DNA from: Promethearchaeota archaeon
Lineage (GTDB): Archaea > Asgardarchaeota > Lokiarchaeia > Sigyniarchaeales > SOKP01
Length of the DNA: 64,000 nucleotides
Direction: 5' to 3'
NCBI GenBank assembly: GCA_048939995.1
Contig: JBHLOY010000003.1
Location: 32,001-96,000, forward strand
In this document: positions 59,394 through 64,000 of the stretch, one piece after another
How positions within the stretch are numbered: position 1 is the stretch's first letter
How the letters are laid out: every line of letters starts with the position of its first letter
Made by a program: the position numbers and the translations under genes
The notes under the pieces: generated by a model
What the model saw: the letters and a program-made list of their open reading frames with translations, nothing else
What the model was told of the DNA's origin: nothing
Databases searched by the model: none

Positions 59394-60899
59394 ATGACGG
59401 ATGAACTGAGAGAAGAGGATAGGGAAAGTAAGTCAGATAGTAAGTCAGATAGTAAGTCTGAGAAAGATGATGATCGCGTAGATAAAGAGTTTCTAAGCAA
59501 AGCAAAAGAATCAAGAGATTTAATAGATAAAAAGTTAAGAAGCTTTGAAAATAGTATTGAAGATATTTCTGATACAATTAAAAATGGTGAAACTGAAGAG
59601 GAACAGAAGGAAAAAGAAGAAATTCCAAGTGAGGAATTAAGTGAAGAAATTGAGAAAGAAATATTAAAACTTGAAAATTTAAAAAAGAAGGTTGATGATA
59701 AAGAGGAATATCTAGCTGCTCTCGAAGAAACTATAAAAGATTTAACAGAACGATACAATAGAAAAAATGAAGAAATGCAGAATCTCGAAGAAAGACTGAA
59801 AATTACTCAAGAAAGTAAAGAAACTCTTGAAGAAGAATATAAAGAACTGATAAAGAATAATGAACAGTTAGTTAAAACCTATGAAACGCGTCAAGTTGAT
59901 TTAATAGTACTAACCGATAGTGTGAAGGAAAAAGTTACAACTCAAGATGAATTGAGAACCAAAATTGCTAAATTTAACCAAGAGATTCAAGAAAAAGAAG
60001 AAAATATTGAAAAGTTAAAAGAAGAATCAGAGGCTTTGGAAAAGAAAATTAAAAGCTTAACAGCAGAAAATGAGACTCTAAAGGTTTCAATTGGAAAGAA
60101 TAGATTTGAACTAGATCATACTAATAAAGAAATTGAAGCAAAAGAAGAGGAAAAGAAACTGTTATCAGAACAACTAGAGAAAAAAGAACAAAGAATAAAA
60201 ACAATTGAACAACAAATCGAAGATTATAAACAAGGTTTTCCTGAGATGGAGAAACAAAGACAAACATATGAAGAACTATTAGCTAAATATAAAGTTCAAT
60301 TAACTGAAAAGCAACAACAATTAATCGAAACTGAATCTAGAATTCAAGATTTGACAGAATCTTTAACTTCTTATGATGAACAGATATCAAAAAAAGAGAA
60401 TTTAATAGAAGCTAATCAAAAAAGGTTAGACGACCTAAAAAAGGATATAGATAGCACAAATATGGAATATATTGAAAGAGAAGAAAGATTGCATTCACTT
60501 ACTGAAAAATTAGAATTTATGCAAGCTGAACATGACAAATTAAGCAAAGCAAAAGAAGTAATAGAAAAAAGCACAAATGAATCTAAAGCACTACTTCAAA
60601 AGCTAAAGATAGAATTAGATAATCAGGAAGAAGAAATAAGAGACAAAGAAAGTAGAATTCATAGATTGGAGACTCTTTCATTTATATATAGACTCTCAAA
60701 ATTCTTTGGAGGAATATTGATTGGAGTGGGTATATTTTTTATTATTCTTGTAATAGGGGATGCATTTAACTTCATTAATTTTGGAGATATTGAAATTATA
60801 AATCTTGGAGCTTTAAGTTTAGGGGTAGTAGGCCTATTACTGTTAATAAGTGCTTTATTTTTAATTATTTCTGGTATATTTCATCTAGAAAAATCCTAA
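59394..60899 (+). CDS. Long coiled-coil protein with C-terminal two-helix membrane anchor
   Basis: ~400 aa of E/K/Q-rich heptads; two hydrophobic helices at the C-terminus; no Walker motifs. Confidence 0.75.
   Translation: MTDELREEDRESKSDSKSDSKSEKDDDRVDKEFLSKAKESRDLIDKKLRSFENSIEDISDTIKNGETEEEQKEKEEIPSEELSEEIEKEILKLENLKKKVDDKEEYLAALEETIKDLTERYNRKNEEMQNLEERLKITQESKETLEEEYKELIKNNEQLVKTYETRQVDLIVLTDSVKEKVTTQDELRTKIAKFNQEIQEKEENIEKLKEESEALEKKIKSLTAENETLKVSIGKNRFELDHTNKEIEAKEEEKKLLSEQLEKKEQRIKTIEQQIEDYKQGFPEMEKQRQTYEELLAKYKVQLTEKQQQLIETESRIQDLTESLTSYDEQISKKENLIEANQKRLDDLKKDIDSTNMEYIEREERLHSLTEKLEFMQAEHDKLSKAKEVIEKSTNESKALLQKLKIELDNQEEEIRDKESRIHRLETLSFIYRLSKFFGGILIGVGIFFIILVIGDAFNFINFGDIEIINLGALSLGVVGLLLLISALFLIISGIFHLEKS
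59427..59462 (+). repeat. 12-bp coding tandem repeat x3 (AGTAAGTCAGAT; SKSD/SKSE)
   Basis: Two exact copies plus one degenerate copy, seen directly. Confidence 0.85.
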
Positions 60900-60947
60900 A
60901 AGACTAAGTTTTTCATAACCTCAAATAACTATATTTGTTGAATAGAA

Positions 60948-62813
60948 TTGAGTGAAACTAAAAAGGAAATCACGTTACCGAAAAGAACACTTAGCTTATC
61001 TCAGGCCATTATTTATGGAGTTGGATGTGGGATTGGAGGGTCAATATTCGTCCTTCTAGGTGTTGGAATTGAGAGTGCTGGTCCTGGAATATTATTAAGT
61101 TTGATTTTAGGAGGAATTCTTATTTTTTTTACTGCCCTTAATTATGCAGAATTATCTACAAGTTTACCAATAGCTGGTGGAGCATATAATTTTACTAAAG
61201 AAGGATTAGGAGGGTTCCTAGCTTTCATTATTGGTTTCTTTTTATGGATAGCTAATACTGCAGCTTGTTCTTTTTCAGCACAAACATTTGCTTTAGTTAT
61301 AAATGAAATTTTTAAAGAAAATAATGTAATATTGACAACGCCCTTCATAATTCTTGTAGGTATTTTACCAGTATTATTAACAAGTTTAGTTATATTTAAA
61401 ACCCAGAAAATTGCTATAAGAGTTTTATTAATATTTACAATAATTCTTATTGGAATGTTCGGATTCTTTGTAATTTCAGCTTTAATATTACCAGCATTTC
61501 AAATATCAAACGGTTACTCTGGTTTCATATTTTCAGACACTAGTTTTTTCGGTATAATCTCAGCATTTTCACTGTTATTTATTTTATACACAACAATAAC
61601 TTCTAACTTAGCCTTTTTGAATGCGGATTTAAAAAATCCTTCAAAAAATATTCCAAAAACATACATATATGCAATTTTGATAACAATCGGCATATATCTG
61701 TCAATTACATTAGCGGCACTCATTAATGTGGAAGTGACTGATTTAAGTGGAACGCCAGTTTTATTAGCAGATATTTTAAAAAGTATATTAGGACCATTTG
61801 GATATTATTTTATGGCTACGGCAGCTTTAATTTCCACACTTATAGCTATTAATGCTGCTTTAGGATCAGCAGTTAGTGTTATAACAGCATTAGCACGGGA
61901 TCGATATATTCCCAAAAAAGTTAAAGCAATAAAAAAAAGAACAGATATGCCTGCTTTGGCTTTAACAATTACTGCTTTCTTAGCAATCGTTTTTACTATT
62001 TTTGCTGGAATAGGACTAACCGCGGAAACTACAAATCTTATCTACTTTATCGCTCTAGCCTCCATTAATTATGCTGCATTTAAATTAAGACGAAAAAGGA
62101 AAGAACTAGATCGCCCTTTTAAGGCTCCATTCTTTCCTTATCTTCCAATTCTGCTATTTATTTGCTTTCTGACTTTTTCAGTAATATTTGGAATTATATT
62201 TTCAATTGGGGCTCTTATCTTAGGAATTACTATTTCAGTAATAGGAGTATCATACTATTTGATAACAATAGCCGATAAACCATCAATTTCTTTAACATTA
62301 TCAGGCATCAAGTTTTTTGTAGTTATTGGTGTCGGATTTATAATATGGATGATAAACAATTTTTCAGTTTTAAATTCAATTACTATCTTTATCAACCGTC
62401 TTTTAATAGGAATATCTGTTTTTACTATTAGTACCATAATTTTCGATCTTTTTCCACTTCGTGTGGTTATTTATTATTTTATTAAAAAAGTAGATAAACA
62501 AAAGGTAGCAATAAGGTTTGGGGATGCTCAAATTATCGAATTAGGAAAAAAACGATTAAGGATTATACATTTAATAAATATAGTAATAATTTTCTTTCAA
62601 TTTGTTTCAGTTGTTTTGATTTTTTCTATTGTTTATCTATTGACAAATAATATAATAGTTATTGAAGAGATAAATCTTGGCACTACGATTATAACTCCAG
62701 AAGCAGCAACTTTTTTCTTTACCTCAGTTTTAATATTTTTTGGGATTATTCTCTCCTTTAGTGGCTCTGTATTATGGTATAGAAATAGAGAAATGAAAGA
62801 ACTAGGAATTTAA
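60948..62813 (+). CDS. APC-family amino acid permease with extra C-terminal TM segment
   Basis: GxGIGGSIF, YAEL..P.AGG.Y, KNPxKNIP, ARD, RPFKAP. Confidence 0.88.
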   Translation: MSETKKEITLPKRTLSLSQAIIYGVGCGIGGSIFVLLGVGIESAGPGILLSLILGGILIFFTALNYAELSTSLPIAGGAYNFTKEGLGGFLAFIIGFFLWIANTAACSFSAQTFALVINEIFKENNVILTTPFIILVGILPVLLTSLVIFKTQKIAIRVLLIFTIILIGMFGFFVISALILPAFQISNGYSGFIFSDTSFFGIISAFSLLFILYTTITSNLAFLNADLKNPSKNIPKTYIYAILITIGIYLSITLAALINVEVTDLSGTPVLLADILKSILGPFGYYFMATAALISTLIAINAALGSAVSVITALARDRYIPKKVKAIKKRTDMPALALTITAFLAIVFTIFAGIGLTAETTNLIYFIALASINYAAFKLRRKRKELDRPFKAPFFPYLPILLFICFLTFSVIFGIIFSIGALILGITISVIGVSYYLITIADKPSISLTLSGIKFFVVIGVGFIIWMINNFSVLNSITIFINRLLIGISVFTISTIIFDLFPLRVVIYYFIKKVDKQKVAIRFGDAQIIELGKKRLRIIHLINIVIIFFQFVSVVLIFSIVYLLTNNIIVIEEINLGTTIITPEAATFFFTSVLIFFGIILSFSGSVLWYRNREMKELGI

Positions 62814-63548
62814 ATGGATATTCCTAAAATTAATTTACATATTCATTCATCTTATTCTGATGGAACAAATAATATTAGTGAAATAATAAAAAAAGCAATT
62901 AGTTATAACTTAAACTATGTAGCTGTTACAGATCATTTCACAAATTCATGGAAAGCAAAAATAATAGTCCATTTAAATTCCAAAGATAAAATTGCTAATT
63001 ATTTAGAAGATATCACTAAACGTCAACAATATTTAAATCAGAATAAAATTAACTTAAAACTTTTTAAAGGCATAGAAATTGACATTAGTAGTTCACAAAA
63101 TTATATATTAAGCTTAATTAATCCTTATAAATTTGATATAATTCTTTTCGAATATCTCGAAAATCCTGAAGGAATCGCTTTTATTAAAAATATTGTTAAA
63201 AATTGGAGGATCAAATATAAGCCTTACAGAGCTTTTCCCATTCTGGGTTTAGCTCATTTGGATCCCTCCTTCTTTATTTATAGTGCTCTAGCTGTCTTAA
63301 TAAATTTTTTAAAAGAATATAATATTTATTTTGAATTCAATTCAAGCTATTCTCAATATTATTCTGTAAAATATAAAGACTTTTTCATTAAATTAGCTAA
63401 AGAAAAATTATTAATTGGGATTGGATGTGATTCTCATGATTTAAAAAGTTTAAATAACATCGAAGAACCACTTAAAGTAATACAAGAATATGGGCTTCTA
63501 GATAATTTAATTACACTTATTAATATCCTTAAATCTAAACCATATTGA
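62814..63548 (+). CDS. PHP-domain phosphoesterase
   Basis: HIHSSYSDG, VTDH, GIE, LAH, DSH. Confidence 0.88.
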   Translation: MDIPKINLHIHSSYSDGTNNISEIIKKAISYNLNYVAVTDHFTNSWKAKIIVHLNSKDKIANYLEDITKRQQYLNQNKINLKLFKGIEIDISSSQNYILSLINPYKFDIILFEYLENPEGIAFIKNIVKNWRIKYKPYRAFPILGLAHLDPSFFIYSALAVLINFLKEYNIYFEFNSSYSQYYSVKYKDFFIKLAKEKLLIGIGCDSHDLKSLNNIEEPLKVIQEYGLLDNLITLINILKSKPY

Positions 63549-63731
63549 ATTAAAAAAAATCATATTTAATTTTGTTGTTATATTCTATATAATGTCTAAA
63601 AGCTTTCTCAAAAATTTAAAACTTTAAAAAAAATTTAAAACTTTAGGAGTTAGTATAACCAATTAGATAATGAAACTTAAAATGTTCTAAAAATGAGAAT
63701 ATCTTTTTAATAGCATTTCTTTAGTTTAGCT

Positions 63732-64000
63732 ATGGATTTAAATGAGAAGATTGATCTGGCTGCAAAATGGATTGCAGAATCAAAACGACTAGTTGTATTC
63801 ACTGGAGCAGGAATTTCGACAGATTCAGGATTGCCAGACTATCGTGGACCTGATGGTGTATGGACTAGGCGAGATAAAGGTTTGCCTCCCCCAAAAAGTC
63901 CACCGTGGGATAAAGTTAAGCCAAACTCGAATCATTACCTCATCGTAGAATTATTAGAGTTAGGAAAATTAGATTTTCTTATATCCCAAAACGTCGATGG
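63732..64000 (+). CDS. Sir2-family NAD+-dependent deacylase, SIRT6/7 (class IV)-like; 3'-truncated, not in the ORF track
   Basis: Manual translation MDLNEKIDLAAKWIAESKRLVVFTGAGISTDSGLPDYRGPDGVWTRRDKG...LISQNVDG. Confidence 0.92.
   Translation, partial: MDLNEKIDLAAKWIAESKRLVVFTGAGISTDSGLPDYRGPDGVWTRRDKGLPPPKSPPWDKVKPNSNHYLIVELLELGKLDFLISQNVD

Noticed and set aside
59394-60899. SMC/Rad50 or chemotaxis-receptor annotation for the coiled-coil protein
   Set aside because: No Walker A/B, hinge, zinc hook or MCP signalling hairpin is visible
3580-62437. Many short antisense or alternate-frame ORFs in the track (e.g. 3580..3876, 4950..5237, 7148..7480, 16855..17592, 28721..29029, 59372..59758)
   Set aside because: They overlap well-supported genes, show no recognisable motifs and look like shadow ORFs
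63611-63645. 16-bp direct repeat AAAATTTAAAACTTTA x2 upstream of the sirtuin
   Set aside because: Only two low-complexity copies; not CRISPR-like and not distinguishable from chance
1-64000. Selenoproteins (in-frame UGA), tRNA/rRNA, CRISPR arrays, transposases/integrases, inteins
   Set aside because: None recognised by eye; the TGA-terminated genes I checked look full length. Covariance-model searches were not run, so small ncRNAs cannot be excluded

Overview
AT-rich, gene-dense chromosomal region, most likely from an Asgard archaeon of the Lokiarchaeia/Promethearchaeota type. The taxonomy is inferred from archaeal housekeeping genes (RadA, ComDE, COG1202-type helicase, ADP-forming acyl-CoA ligase beta subunit) occurring with many eukaryotic-signature proteins. 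About 54 CDS are supported. I saw no rRNA, tRNA, CRISPR array or mobile element. Most notable: (i) a 1567-aa single-pass cell-surface protein with a cytoplasmic longin-like domain, one gene from a Roadblock-Rab GTPase fusion; (ii) a TPR / JAMM(MPN+)-TPR / twin C2HC zinc-finger gene run beside a PCI-like protein, plus a HEAT + multi-winged-helix protein; (iii) an actin-related protein with an inserted double zinc ribbon and altered ATPase residues; (iv) RadA with a zinc-finger/acidic N-terminal extension and a Rad51-type Walker A; (v) SSUH2-like and SIRT6/7-like proteins; (vi) a threonine synthase fused to an HTH, apparently using a non-canonical start. All family calls come from reading motifs by eye; no database searches were run.
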